Shown in pieces: positions 30,901 through 39,667 of a DNA stretch of 64,000 nt. The DNA is taken from assembly GCA_000002435.2 (NCBI GenBank), contig CM018789.1. One strand, 5' to 3'. Numbering within the stretch: the first letter of the stretch is position 1; every line of letters starts with the position of its first letter. The notes beneath the pieces are model-generated. The model was not told where the DNA came from. It searched no databases and saw only the letters and a list, made by a program, of their open reading frames with translations. The translations under genes and the position numbers were made by a program. Source of the stretch: Giardia intestinalis (lineage: Eukaryota).

Positions 30901-32228
30901 AAAAATATCACATAGTAAACCGACGTCCATGGACTATTGCCCCCCAGCCAACTGTATAGAGCCGCACCAAAGAACTGGATCCAAAACAGGTTCATCGCAC
31001 GCATATCTATTTCCTTATCAAAAAAGCCCATCTTCACCCGAGGAGCATTGGTATTCAAGCGAGTCTTACTTTCAGAACCAACATAGACTACGAGGGCGAC
31101 TGTCGTGGACGGTGACGCTATCACGGTGGAAGACCAGATAGTATTCTCTAGAGAGATAGACTCTGTGATAACGGAGTTGTCGGAACTCACATAGTTAGCT
31201 CTACCCTTGAACCCATATATGTCCTTGTGGGCAGCTTCAATCTCAAAAATGGCTCGGGTCTGAACGTCGCGTAAATACTCGATGCCCTTCCCCTGGGTAA
31301 AGTTTAGAGCCTTTCGCATCTTCCAATCTGTCTCGCCATCAAGTTGATCGGTCTTTATAAAGCATTCCTCGACACTGTTACCGTCGTTCTGCAAATGGAG
31401 AATGACACAGTCAGTCGGAACACGCTGACCAGACCGCAGGACTAAAATGTCTCCAACACGAATATCCTGTGCAAGAACCTGTTCCACATCATTAACACTT
31501 ACTGCGTCTGAACGAAGTCTGTGATACTTCTCTCGATTAACCGCGCGGTCGCGGATAACGCGCTGAATATCGTCTACAAATTCTTTAATCATGGTCACAG
31601 CCAGCACAAGAACGAGTGGTGCCAGATATGTAAATAGAAAGCCGACCCTGAGGATAGGAATAGATTGTGAGATTGTTATCCCGAGAAAATACAGATTGAA
31701 AAAGTATTTGAATTGTTGGTAGAGAATTTTAGGAACAAATGTGATAATATTGTACTTATTATTTTTTAATAGATTTTTTGGCGACGGATGGGACACATGC
31801 GAGTTGAGGAATATGCTACGGGCAGGATATGTCTTCTCCGGCCTTCTCCGCCCACCAGCTTTGTATTTCTTTCCAATTCTTAGAGCTCGTTTGGAATTGG
31901 CTAAATAATAAGACCCTTTTGACTTGAGCCGTCTTACTAAGGAAGTTCGCTTTGGTTGCTTCAGCTCGGAATCCATGGTTGTGTAAGGGAGGAGAGGTGC
32001 ACTGTCTTCGCGTCTGCGATTGAAGGGGACGATGGGCTGCGCAAGTGCCAAGGGGCCGGCAACAGGGGCAATCACAGGCTTATCATCAATTTCAGACACT
32101 CGCTTTTTCAGTGCAAGGGCAACCTCTTCTTCCTTCTGCTTAGCAAGCTGATCATTGTGAGCATTCACCAAGGCCTCAATCCGGGAGTAGTCTTCAAAAA
32201 GTTCACTCTTTTGTAACTCTGGCGGCAT
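27930..32228 (-). CDS. P4-type ATPase (phospholipid-transporting flippase).
   Basis: 1432 aa. It has the P-type phosphorylation motif SDKTGTLTQN and the P4 hinge motif GDGGNDVSMIQSAAVGVGLVGKEG, with 10 predicted transmembrane segments bracketing a large cytoplasmic loop. Confidence 0.9.
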   Translation of the reverse strand: MPPELQKSELFEDYSRIEALVNAHNDQLAKQKEEEVALALKKRVSEIDDKPVIAPVAGPLALAQPIVPFNRRREDSAPLLPYTTMDSELKQPKRTSLVRRLKSKGSYYLANSKRALRIGKKYKAGGRRRPEKTYPARSIFLNSHVSHPSPKNLLKNNKYNIITFVPKILYQQFKYFFNLYFLGITISQSIPILRVGFLFTYLAPLVLVLAVTMIKEFVDDIQRVIRDRAVNREKYHRLRSDAVSVNDVEQVLAQDIRVGDILVLRSGQRVPTDCVILHLQNDGNSVEECFIKTDQLDGETDWKMRKALNFTQGKGIEYLRDVQTRAIFEIEAAHKDIYGFKGRANYVSSDNSVITESISLENTIWSSTVIASPSTTVALVVYVGSESKTRLNTNAPRVKMGFFDKEIDMRAMNLFWIQFFGAALYSWLGGNSPWTSVYYVIFFRYLLLFSSVIPISLRVNLDLAKIITSLMIRRDKSMQNPIVRTTTIPEQLGRIGYIMSDKTGTLTQNIMTFRSLHTGKSSYETLTEDDYGSFRMALKRAYRSQADVSRDPDMSIPAGVASMQHSSLPIHGQAFGNEQITMRRQVHGNVYSLIPQMKTSSVSNINDEQKALITALRMMALCNTVVPIERSAAQDDADFLIDDATIAMWSSRHLQSLAASDSAPSSTEVMRALQKNHLVQISTSSNCPPGIGGGINPDISYYTLQASSPDEISLVKLAAELNLTLMHRDRTSIVLQNPLGEPEEYTILYTFPFTSTTKRMAIVLESHLTGEILVLMKGADSVVIAASNPSPWASEQVSTLASKGLRTLVFAQRTMTRDELSAFASLYKTANEALDDRQKHIDDAENSILHSMDIVAATGVEDKLQEDVKLTIQQLRDAEIRIFLLTGDKSDTSMCIARSTNLVSPNQRFHEITLATYAAAVSGTAGTKGSYSGMEVFTKDSCGPSGRSTENSISVTMGTAGNASSGNAGSTDVSNTRLLEYISSELNKIADSGYECAVIIDGTILSEIMKTLPDSSLKEFRGEVVTKEELQHEKELDLATRTQSRGSRSGRAGCCGKDRNSKFGSSVAKQFITTIARCPAFVCSRCSPEQKSIITKMVANLHMEHMCCNPRCRCGAPKVGVLAIGDGGNDVSMIQSAAVGVGLVGKEGKQASLASDFSLDRFKDLSSLLLYHGRLNYIRGYAMAHYVFSRGMTISVMQAVFSALFAFSTIPLFTGWLMLGYTVVFTSLPVTIICFDHDLPKDYLVRRYPILYKDSQRNKHGLVSCFFKWLCVSIFQGSVLLMFSQFLINGGLHGSLDDGANFFNLVGTGYTSLLITELLTLGIGIYEWSPFMVGSGILSFAIYVAAMFIMPEYFDKRSIVTLTFWFRVVLGACAAVFPPFFLKWIRMRISPTDAEKLRRQWLVDRRRERNTKCCKRAGSLTETSMKGNDDPL

Positions 32229-32241
32229 TTTTTAATCAGTT

Positions 32242-33231
32242 TTACGTGTTGTCAACTAATTTGAACGCAAACTTAGTCATAAGGGTCCACAGTCGGGTCG
32301 TAGGATGGGAGACGGACAACTCGTCTAGGAGCCCTTTCAACCTATCTGTGTCTTCGGGGTGTAAAGGTAACAACAGAACCCTTAGATATAGACCTGCGGG
32401 GACAACAGCAGGTGGACTTGTGTATTGAAGGACAAGGTTGTACAGTTCTTCTAATGTGCTCCTCTGTGACAGACCTCCTTGTCCTGCACCCTCGGTAGTG
32501 ACCCAGTCATAGAGACCTCTGAGGTAGTCCCAGATGGCTTGGTTTGCAGGCGTCTTAGAGAGCGCACTATCCACGAAGGAAAACTCATCCTCGTAAGCTG
32601 CCTCCCCGGAAGTTAGTAGGTTCTTCACGCACATAAGCCTATATGCCCAATAGCTGTTGTTAAGCAGATCGTTCTCCAAAAGCTGCTCGACCCACTGTAG
32701 CTCTTCCCTCCAATCTAAATTATTTAAAAGATTTGTCAAGCTCATTTTGTAATTCCAGACATGATAGTTCTTACTGTCCATAGATAGTATGCTGCACACA
32801 AGGGACCGTTCCCGCAGCTCATAGTAACTTTTGCGGTCTTCTTCGGGAAGGATCTGCATCAGAGCATATCTATGTGGCCAGACCTGGAAGTTCTTACTGG
32901 AGGCTTGTGCAATCACAGCACTTCTGTCCAGCTCATGCTGCGGGCTTACGAGTCCCAATCGAACACACTGTAAAATAAGCCGATACCCTGCATAGTCTGT
33001 TGGCCGCAAGGAGATGAGCTTATGGCCCAACTCGTACTGTTCCATTGTTCTAGCTTGCGGTGAGGCCCGCAGGGCGAGACAAGCATCCTCTACCAAAGCT
33101 CTAGTCTCATCATTTGGTACCCAGGATAGCAAGACTCGGTCAGTCCCTTCCCCATGGGACGACTCATCTAGAGATTCGAACTTCATACTCGCCCCCGATT
33201 GATCATTCCAAATTTCATTGAAAATTACCAT
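32242..33231 (-). CDS. Protein prenyltransferase alpha subunit (FTase/GGTase-I alpha).
   Basis: 329 aa with tandem prenyltransferase-alpha repeats carrying the conserved Trp (KNFQVWPHR, KNYHVWNYK, NNSYWAYR, NQAIWDYL). Confidence 0.8.
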   Translation of the reverse strand: MVIFNEIWNDQSGASMKFESLDESSHGEGTDRVLLSWVPNDETRALVEDACLALRASPQARTMEQYELGHKLISLRPTDYAGYRLILQCVRLGLVSPQHELDRSAVIAQASSKNFQVWPHRYALMQILPEEDRKSYYELRERSLVCSILSMDSKNYHVWNYKMSLTNLLNNLDWREELQWVEQLLENDLLNNSYWAYRLMCVKNLLTSGEAAYEDEFSFVDSALSKTPANQAIWDYLRGLYDWVTTEGAGQGGLSQRSTLEELYNLVLQYTSPPAVVPAGLYLRVLLLPLHPEDTDRLKGLLDELSVSHPTTRLWTLMTKFAFKLVDNT

Positions 33232-33264
33232 TCTTTAATTAAAAATATGCAATTAAAACAAAAA

Positions 33265-34431
33265 ATGCCTCCGAAAGGTAACCAGCCCAGTACCAAGACC
33301 ATTCAAAAGGAGAAGCAGAAAATAATAGAAGATCGCACTTTCGGGCTTAAGAACAAAAACAAGTCTAAAAAGGTTCAAGAGTACATCCAACAAGTCACAA
33401 AAAACATTCAGAATGCCCGATATCCGGGTCAGACACAAAACCGTCAGCAGCAGTCGACGGCTGAGCTGAATGCAAAGAGAAAGGAAGAGGAAAAGAAGGC
33501 ACAGATGCTGGCCATGCTGCGCTCTTCTCTGAGACAGCCCCCAATCCCAGAGGGCGCAAATCCCAAGGACTTCCCTTGCATCTTCTTCCTTCACAACTGC
33601 TGTGATAAGGGGGACAAGTGCAAGTATAGCCATAACAATGACACGAGTCATAGAGAGGCTCCATCTAAGAAGGAGCCTGTTGAAGAGGCGTCTGCAGAAG
33701 CCAAGGCCGCTTCCGGAGACGAAGAGAAGATCAGCGCGCTTTCCCAGGCGCTTGGAAAGCTAGACCTATACAGGGATATGCGCGAACAGCTCATGGAGTA
33801 TAATGCCAGGCAGCAGGCGAACAAGAGCGGCAAAAACTATGAGTCCATTCTCCAGGAGTATAAGGAAAGGTACCAGACCAGATTTGGAGACCGCAAGGTG
33901 TCCAAGGAGACCTGTCCTAACTATCTTGCAGCTTGTAAGAAGAGGGAAATCGGCTGGGGCTTTAAGTGCCCGCAGGAAGAAAAGACCGGCTACTGTGAGT
34001 TTCGACATTGTCTACCTCCCGGATACGTCATAGAGGAGAAGAAGAAGGTGGAGGTCATCGATAAAGACTTAGATTACGTTGAGATCGAGGAAGATATCGA
34101 ACGACGCAGAAATGAAATCACGTCTGGAACCCCTGTCAACCCAACCACGTTCGCTGAGTGGAAGAAAAAGCGCCTTGAAGCCAAGAAGGCTATAGAACAA
34201 GAAAACATCACCAGAGTGGAAAACATACTCAAGCAAAGGGGTGGTGAGCACTATCAGGGCCTCACAGGCCGCGCCATCTTTGAGAACATAGGGCGTATCA
34301 GTGGAATGGAGGACGTTGCCGCTGAACAGAACAAGGAAGAAATCGACGAATGGCTCAAGAACCGGGAGGACATTGAAGAAGTTGAGAAGGAGGCAGAACA
34401 GAGCGCTGGGCAGCCCCTCGACACCGAGTAA
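33265..34431 (+). CDS. ZC3H15: ZC3H15 / DFRP1 / TMA46-type CCCH zinc-finger protein (DRG GTPase regulatory partner).
   Basis: From ATG at 33265 it starts MPPKGNQPSTKTIQKEKQKIIEDRTFGLKNKNKSKK, compared with human MPPKK...[24 protein letters not shown]. Two CCCH fingers are present (CIFFLHNCCDKGDKCKYSH and CEFRHCLPPGY). Confidence 0.8.
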   Translation: MPPKGNQPSTKTIQKEKQKIIEDRTFGLKNKNKSKKVQEYIQQVTKNIQNARYPGQTQNRQQQSTAELNAKRKEEEKKAQMLAMLRSSLRQPPIPEGANPKDFPCIFFLHNCCDKGDKCKYSHNNDTSHREAPSKKEPVEEASAEAKAASGDEEKISALSQALGKLDLYRDMREQLMEYNARQQANKSGKNYESILQEYKERYQTRFGDRKVSKETCPNYLAACKKREIGWGFKCPQEEKTGYCEFRHCLPPGYVIEEKKKVEVIDKDLDYVEIEEDIERRRNEITSGTPVNPTTFAEWKKKRLEAKKAIEQENITRVENILKQRGGEHYQGLTGRAIFENIGRISGMEDVAAEQNKEEIDEWLKNREDIEEVEKEAEQSAGQPLDTE

Positions 34432-34498
34432 AGTTCTAAAAAAAGTCGAGCGAATTGATTTCAATTTCGTCTTTTTATAAGCAAAGGGAGTGAGGCAA

Positions 34499-34867
34499 AT
34501 GAAGCACCTTGCGGCGTACCTTCTGGCTAAGATGGGCGGCAAGAACGAGCCAGCCGTAGCTGACATCGAGAAGATAATAGCAGCCGTTGGAGGCACGACA
34601 GACGCAGACCTCGCGAAGACCGTTGTGGAGAAAGTTGGGGCTGGTGGCCTCTCTGTTGAGGATCTCATGAGTCTCGGAAAGAAGCGCATGGCGAGCATGC
34701 CCGCCGTGGGGGCAGCCCCTGCCGCTGCATCAACCGCTGCAGCAGTCGCCGAAGCAGCCCCTGCAGCAGCCAAGAAGGAGGAGTCTGACGACGACGAGAT
34801 TGTCGGTGCCGGTGGAATGTTCGGCGGCGACTCGTCTTCTTCTGAGGAGGAGTCCTCGTCTGATTAA
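34499..34867 (+). CDS. RPLP2: 60S acidic ribosomal stalk protein P2.
   Basis: MKHLAAYLLAKMGGKNEPAVADIEKIIAAVG... is the canonical P2 N-terminal dimerisation domain, followed by an Ala/Gly-rich hinge. The C-terminus is atypical: ...EESDDDEIVGAGGMFGGDSSSSEEESSSD instead of ...EESDDDMGFGLFD. The track start at 34490 is GTG. Confidence 0.85.
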   Translation: MKHLAAYLLAKMGGKNEPAVADIEKIIAAVGGTTDADLAKTVVEKVGAGGLSVEDLMSLGKKRMASMPAVGAAPAAASTAAAVAEAAPAAAKKEESDDDEIVGAGGMFGGDSSSSEEESSSD

Positions 34868-34905
34868 TCGCGGGGTTCTGGAGTAAATACGGTCGTTCTC
34901 GGTGC

Positions 34906-36633
34906 CTACTGCGTCACCCGATCCTCCTTACACTTTAGATACCACTCCTCGGTAATGTGTGTGTTCTCCCACTCCTTGACTTGCCGGGCGTGTGAAAAGC
35001 GAGCCTTAGTCTGTTGTGTGGTAGCATCTATCCGGAGGAGCTGCCGAAGATCCGCCTGCATTTTCTCCAGTTCAGGGACGGCCGCCGGGAAGATCTCCTT
35101 TCGGCGTCTAAAGATGAAACCTCTCATTGCTTTTGTGAGCTTTCCGAAGACAGGCCGTCGCTCACGCTGCTTGTTTGGCCCCTCCTCTAGTGTCTTATGG
35201 GTATAGCTCAAGGCCGAGACCCGAGAAAAGATAAAGGTCTCTATGCCCGATGGTAGAGCAATGTTGCACTGAGCTAGTTCACGTGACTCTAGCATGGGCG
35301 CAATAATGAGTCTGTACGAAGGATGGTCTTCCAACTTTGCCGATACACTTACCTGTGCAGTGCTTGCCCCTCGCACCACATTACTCGTCTGGGATTGAGC
35401 CAGAGTAGCGTTCTTAGAGGTTCCAGGAATGTATGAAATTTGACTAAATTTCTGAGTAACCTGATCGGTGCTTAGCTGTGTGTCGGCAACAGAGAGGTCT
35501 GGTATGCTTGTTTGGGACAGGTCCCCCTTGTCTCTCAACATGCTATTTTCCAGCTCATTCAGAAGAGCCGTGAATAACACTTGCATAGACGTATCATTTC
35601 CTGACTTCAAAATCATCTCCTCTGTTTCCAAAGATTTGTCCAGCTGAGGAAGGATCTCAGCTAGCCTTATGCCGCTCGGAAACCAAACTATGTTCTTCAG
35701 CAAATCTGCCTTGGACCAAATCTCGTACGGAGGCACATAAACCCACCGCTTCTCGGAAGAATAGGTCATCTGCTTCCTCTTCCGCATATCTCGTAAAAGG
35801 GAGTCGAATGGATAGGGAAGGTAGGATGGATTGAGAGCCTTCTGCAAGTATAGTAGCGTCTCCTTAAGCTTTTCATCACCATCACTCACTTCTGTCACGT
35901 TGATATGATGGAGGAAAAGAGAGAAACTTACAATGGTATCTGATAGAAAGATGGGAAGAACCCCCTGCTGACCGTGGTACTGGGAGATTTGCTGCACGAT
36001 CTTCATAAGCGGCAAGGTGGATAACCGTCGCATTTCTAACCTTCCCGATCTTCCTATCGCTCCCCCCTTGGTTAGTAGCATCTCTGGCAACTCTGGTTGA
36101 TAGCACAAGAACAAACCATCCTTGATCAGCTGCTCACCAAGCTTTATCGAGATTTTTGGGTATGTAAACAGATTGCCATCGTTGTACTCAACATTAACTA
36201 ACTGCAAAAGAGATAAAACGAAAATCAAGTCTACCAGATAAACGGCGGATTCTACCGAACAGCCGTGGGAAAATACTATTTGATAGCTACGAGCGTCAGA
36301 CTGCGTACGCTTAATCTTACGAATGAAGTGGCATAGCTGTTTCAGGTACTTTTCATCTGTCTCTTCAGGATAGATAAGTTTTATGTCTAGATATAATCTG
36401 TAATCTAGCTTGCTGAGGATATAGGTAAGCTTATTAACTAATCTGTCTTGAGAAATATCAATGGATATGCTGCGCACCTCTTTCAGCGACTCTAATTCCT
36501 CTATAACAAACTCATAAAAAAGGCGATATGCGAGCGATGAGATAGGGACTTTCTTTCCCGTGGAGATATAATGTTGATACACGTACACTTTATCGGTCGC
36601 AAATTGAAGAATGTGCGGGAGATTGGATGACAT
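34906..36633 (-). CDS. Hypothetical protein (575 aa).
   Basis: Long ATG-initiated ORF with ordinary composition. I recognised no domain. Confidence 0.55.
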   Translation of the reverse strand: MSSNLPHILQFATDKVYVYQHYISTGKKVPISSLAYRLFYEFVIEELESLKEVRSISIDISQDRLVNKLTYILSKLDYRLYLDIKLIYPEETDEKYLKQLCHFIRKIKRTQSDARSYQIVFSHGCSVESAVYLVDLIFVLSLLQLVNVEYNDGNLFTYPKISIKLGEQLIKDGLFLCYQPELPEMLLTKGGAIGRSGRLEMRRLSTLPLMKIVQQISQYHGQQGVLPIFLSDTIVSFSLFLHHINVTEVSDGDEKLKETLLYLQKALNPSYLPYPFDSLLRDMRKRKQMTYSSEKRWVYVPPYEIWSKADLLKNIVWFPSGIRLAEILPQLDKSLETEEMILKSGNDTSMQVLFTALLNELENSMLRDKGDLSQTSIPDLSVADTQLSTDQVTQKFSQISYIPGTSKNATLAQSQTSNVVRGASTAQVSVSAKLEDHPSYRLIIAPMLESRELAQCNIALPSGIETFIFSRVSALSYTHKTLEEGPNKQRERRPVFGKLTKAMRGFIFRRRKEIFPAAVPELEKMQADLRQLLRIDATTQQTKARFSHARQVKEWENTHITEEWYLKCKEDRVTQ

Positions 36634-37044
36634 TTTTTTTGTGATTTACTTTCTATGTTCCCTGCTCAAGTACTAACCCTAGATCAGTAAATCTCTTTAA
36701 TTGTGTATGGATGCGTGAAATAAAAAATCTACGAGACCTCTATAAACCTGGCTGCCTGATGGGCAAGTACTCATAAAGACCACCTACACTCAACCACCCC
36801 ATCACTGAACAAGACCTACGCCTTGCTTTGCTGTCTTCAAGTGCAAGCTGTTATCAGTGAGCTCTCATCCACTGATAAGTTTTTGAGATATAACCACCTA
36901 TGTTTCGGCCCTCACCACCCATGGCAGCCATTTAATCTACGAATGACTAATTTCATATGGGACATAGACAAGAACATAAAGTAGATCTTCCACTCTCAGC
37001 AGCGCAGGTTAAGAAAGAACAAAATTACTTTTGGCTGTTAGGAG

Positions 37045-38793
37045 ATGGCAGACCTAGCAAAGTCAGCTCAACCATCACTTCAGTCCGCATCCTTAGATCT
37101 GGTTCGCCAGCGGGCTGAGCACTGCTTTAATATCTACCATACTCATGCAGAAACGCTATTCCCACTCTCAGTAATTTTATTGTCCTCCATCACAAAATCC
37201 AGTGCAATTCATTCATCGTCCTTCCTTTGGAACACACAATCGCAAGGAGCAGTTAGTTCATCATATTACGGACTCGTCCGTATTCTTAATGAAGTTGCAA
37301 ATTATTTAGAGCAGATGGAGGTGTGCAGTCACATGGACTCACTAGAAGCTCCATCTCTACAAGATAGCCCTTCTTCTACAGACCAATTTCATGAAGTTTC
37401 ACTGGCTTTGTGTGCACCGTGCTTTTTATATGACAATTTGCACTCGTTTTACACTTTAGAATCGCCTCCTTCTGTATCTGCAGAACCCTTTTATAAACGA
37501 ATCTTCTCATATATTTACCCATCACTCTCTTCTCCACGTCCCTTCCAGATACAGAAAAGTGTCATAACTGCACATAAGAAGCACTGTCTCGAGCTAATAC
37601 TGTCTGAAATCATCAATGCTAACTCACAATGCAAAGCATCATGCCAGGTCCTTGTCATTTTAGCTACAGTTAGTGCCTCATCACTCAGTGCAAAGTCTGT
37701 TATTTTCCTTAGCACTCCACATCTCTCTGATCATAACTCTACATTGTTAATAATACCTGGCCCAGTTGCACGAAAAGAAATCGTGGTCCCCAATCTTCAA
37801 GCTGTCAAGGTTACAGGGCAAATCCCTCCGGTAAACATTCAGCAGCACGTAGAGACCCTATCCTTCACTAACGTCGAATCCACTTTCAGACTCTTTTCTC
37901 GAAACAAACCAGTAGCTTGGCAGGTCATAAGTCCGTCCCATACGGGCGTGCTGCTACCTTTTATGCAGAAGTGCAACGGTCTCCACAGCTGGGCATCAAT
38001 TGCAGAGAACATTCGTGCATATAATCTTCCGGTGATAAAGAACGCATTAAAGACTGCAGCACGTATACGTACTAGCAAGGTGCGGCGAGTGAAGTTGCAG
38101 AAAACAAAGCGGAGCTCCTTCTTTTCATTCAAGTCTGTGCCAGGCCAAAAGCACTTCTTACTTAGTCGCAGAAATGTCCCTTCTAAGGCTGTGCAAGCCA
38201 AGAAGACTCTTGGCATAAACCGTGGAAGTCTCTTTTGCTGCCACATGTCTCCAGGCGAATATGATTCTCAGCTACCCTTTCAAACACGCATTCCGTTGGC
38301 TCTTACTCAGGATTCCACACCTCATCTACGAGTGAAAAAGCAGTTTACTCCGCAGCTAGCTCAATCCACTTCAGAAGCAGGAATATATAGTTTCACAGTG
38401 CAGCTGAGGTTACCTGATGGTTCTGACCCCATGCTGACTGTGTACATTGCAAAGGTATCTCTTCATTTTTCAGAGGCCCAAGGAGCGGTTTTGCTCCCTA
38501 ATTCTTCAGAACTCTTGCCCGTTCCTTGCACCTGTGAGCTCCCAGTCGGCAAGTTTCTGACCAATAAGAGTGCTCATACAAAGTATGGCCTATACAGTTT
38601 ACACACACAGCAGATTGAATGGCAGCCTTCAGGCATCAAAAGGTATAGCGGTAATACAACAGCATGCGTGTCGCTAAACGTACAATATCATAGTCAAGCT
38701 ATGCCCGGGCTAACTTCATATCCTGCTGTCGATGTGTCCATCGATAGCAGAGTAATTCCAGATGTCGTGTACATCACTGACATCATTCCTTAG
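37045..38793 (+). CDS. Hypothetical protein (582 aa).
   Basis: Long ATG-initiated ORF divergent from the previous gene across a 410-bp spacer. I recognised no domain. Confidence 0.55.
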   Translation: MADLAKSAQPSLQSASLDLVRQRAEHCFNIYHTHAETLFPLSVILLSSITKSSAIHSSSFLWNTQSQGAVSSSYYGLVRILNEVANYLEQMEVCSHMDSLEAPSLQDSPSSTDQFHEVSLALCAPCFLYDNLHSFYTLESPPSVSAEPFYKRIFSYIYPSLSSPRPFQIQKSVITAHKKHCLELILSEIINANSQCKASCQVLVILATVSASSLSAKSVIFLSTPHLSDHNSTLLIIPGPVARKEIVVPNLQAVKVTGQIPPVNIQQHVETLSFTNVESTFRLFSRNKPVAWQVISPSHTGVLLPFMQKCNGLHSWASIAENIRAYNLPVIKNALKTAARIRTSKVRRVKLQKTKRSSFFSFKSVPGQKHFLLSRRNVPSKAVQAKKTLGINRGSLFCCHMSPGEYDSQLPFQTRIPLALTQDSTPHLRVKKQFTPQLAQSTSEAGIYSFTVQLRLPDGSDPMLTVYIAKVSLHFSEAQGAVLLPNSSELLPVPCTCELPVGKFLTNKSAHTKYGLYSLHTQQIEWQPSGIKRYSGNTTACVSLNVQYHSQAMPGLTSYPAVDVSIDSRVIPDVVYITDIIP

Positions 38794-38809
38794 CTCTGCT
38801 CTTTTGTAG

Positions 38810-39037
38810 TTACTTTACGGGAAGGGTTCCAGACGAGCGGAACATGGCTAAGATCTCTGCCTCTGTGGGCAGAGGTTCTCCTGCGCTGTACTTGGCTTTT
38901 AGCGCCACTGTAATGTGGTTCTGAAGAACCTGGAGGTGCTCTATGACACGTTCGTACTCCTCAGTAAGTGCACCCGTGTATGCCGCACATGTCGTCTCCC
39001 AGATCTCGTTTAGTGTCTGTGAATCGGCACTAGACAT
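38810..39037 (-). CDS. Small hypothetical protein (75 aa).
   Basis: Compact ATG ORF, convergent with the upstream gene and not overlapping it. I make no family call. Confidence 0.3.
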   Translation of the reverse strand: MSSADSQTLNEIWETTCAAYTGALTEEYERVIEHLQVLQNHITVALKAKYSAGEPLPTEAEILAMFRSSGTLPVK

Positions 39038-39667
39038 GAATTAAGAATTTATTGGTCCTGTCAGCCTCCTGTCAGCCGTTGATCGCCCATTGTCTAATGT
39101 GGCTTGCTACTCGGTTCTACCACTGGCCCTGCACGTTGGCTACTGGGTGCCGTTGAGAGGATCACCAACCCAGCCACCCAATCGACGAAGGAAGTGGCGG
39201 TAGACGCTCATGATCGTCTGCATGTGTTCGTTGTTGACGAGCGCTTGTATGCACTGCAGACCGCTGAGAACGCTCAGCAAACGCCACAGTGACCTTAGTC
39301 ATAGATCGGGGTGATGTACTCATCTCGGAGGTCGACCACACCAGGAATGGGCCTCAGCGATTTGGCACACAGGCACTCTGGGTTGGCCGACTGTAGTGGA
39401 GGAGCATGATTCACAGATGTCCTTTGGCTCCCCTATGAAGACGCAAAGCCTGGCTGTTTGTCTTTAACACTGCGAGCAACAGATACTCATAAACACCAGT
39501 TTACACAAAATGTAACGTTCGTTTTTAGGCTTGAGAGTTGGATGCATGTGCATCTGGGCCTATAGTGGGATAGCTGGTAAGGTAGTGTTCAACAGAATGT
39601 TCGTAGAATGCACCTGTACGTAGATTCCACACTTAACTTTCTGGGACACACAAAAAATAGTATACGA

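Noticed and set aside
16034-33231. CAAX protease (Rce1-like) and prenyltransferase alpha subunit in the same window, as a possible prenylation gene cluster
   Set aside because: They are 16 kb apart with about 10 unrelated genes between them. Eukaryotic pathway genes are not expected to cluster, so this is most likely coincidence.
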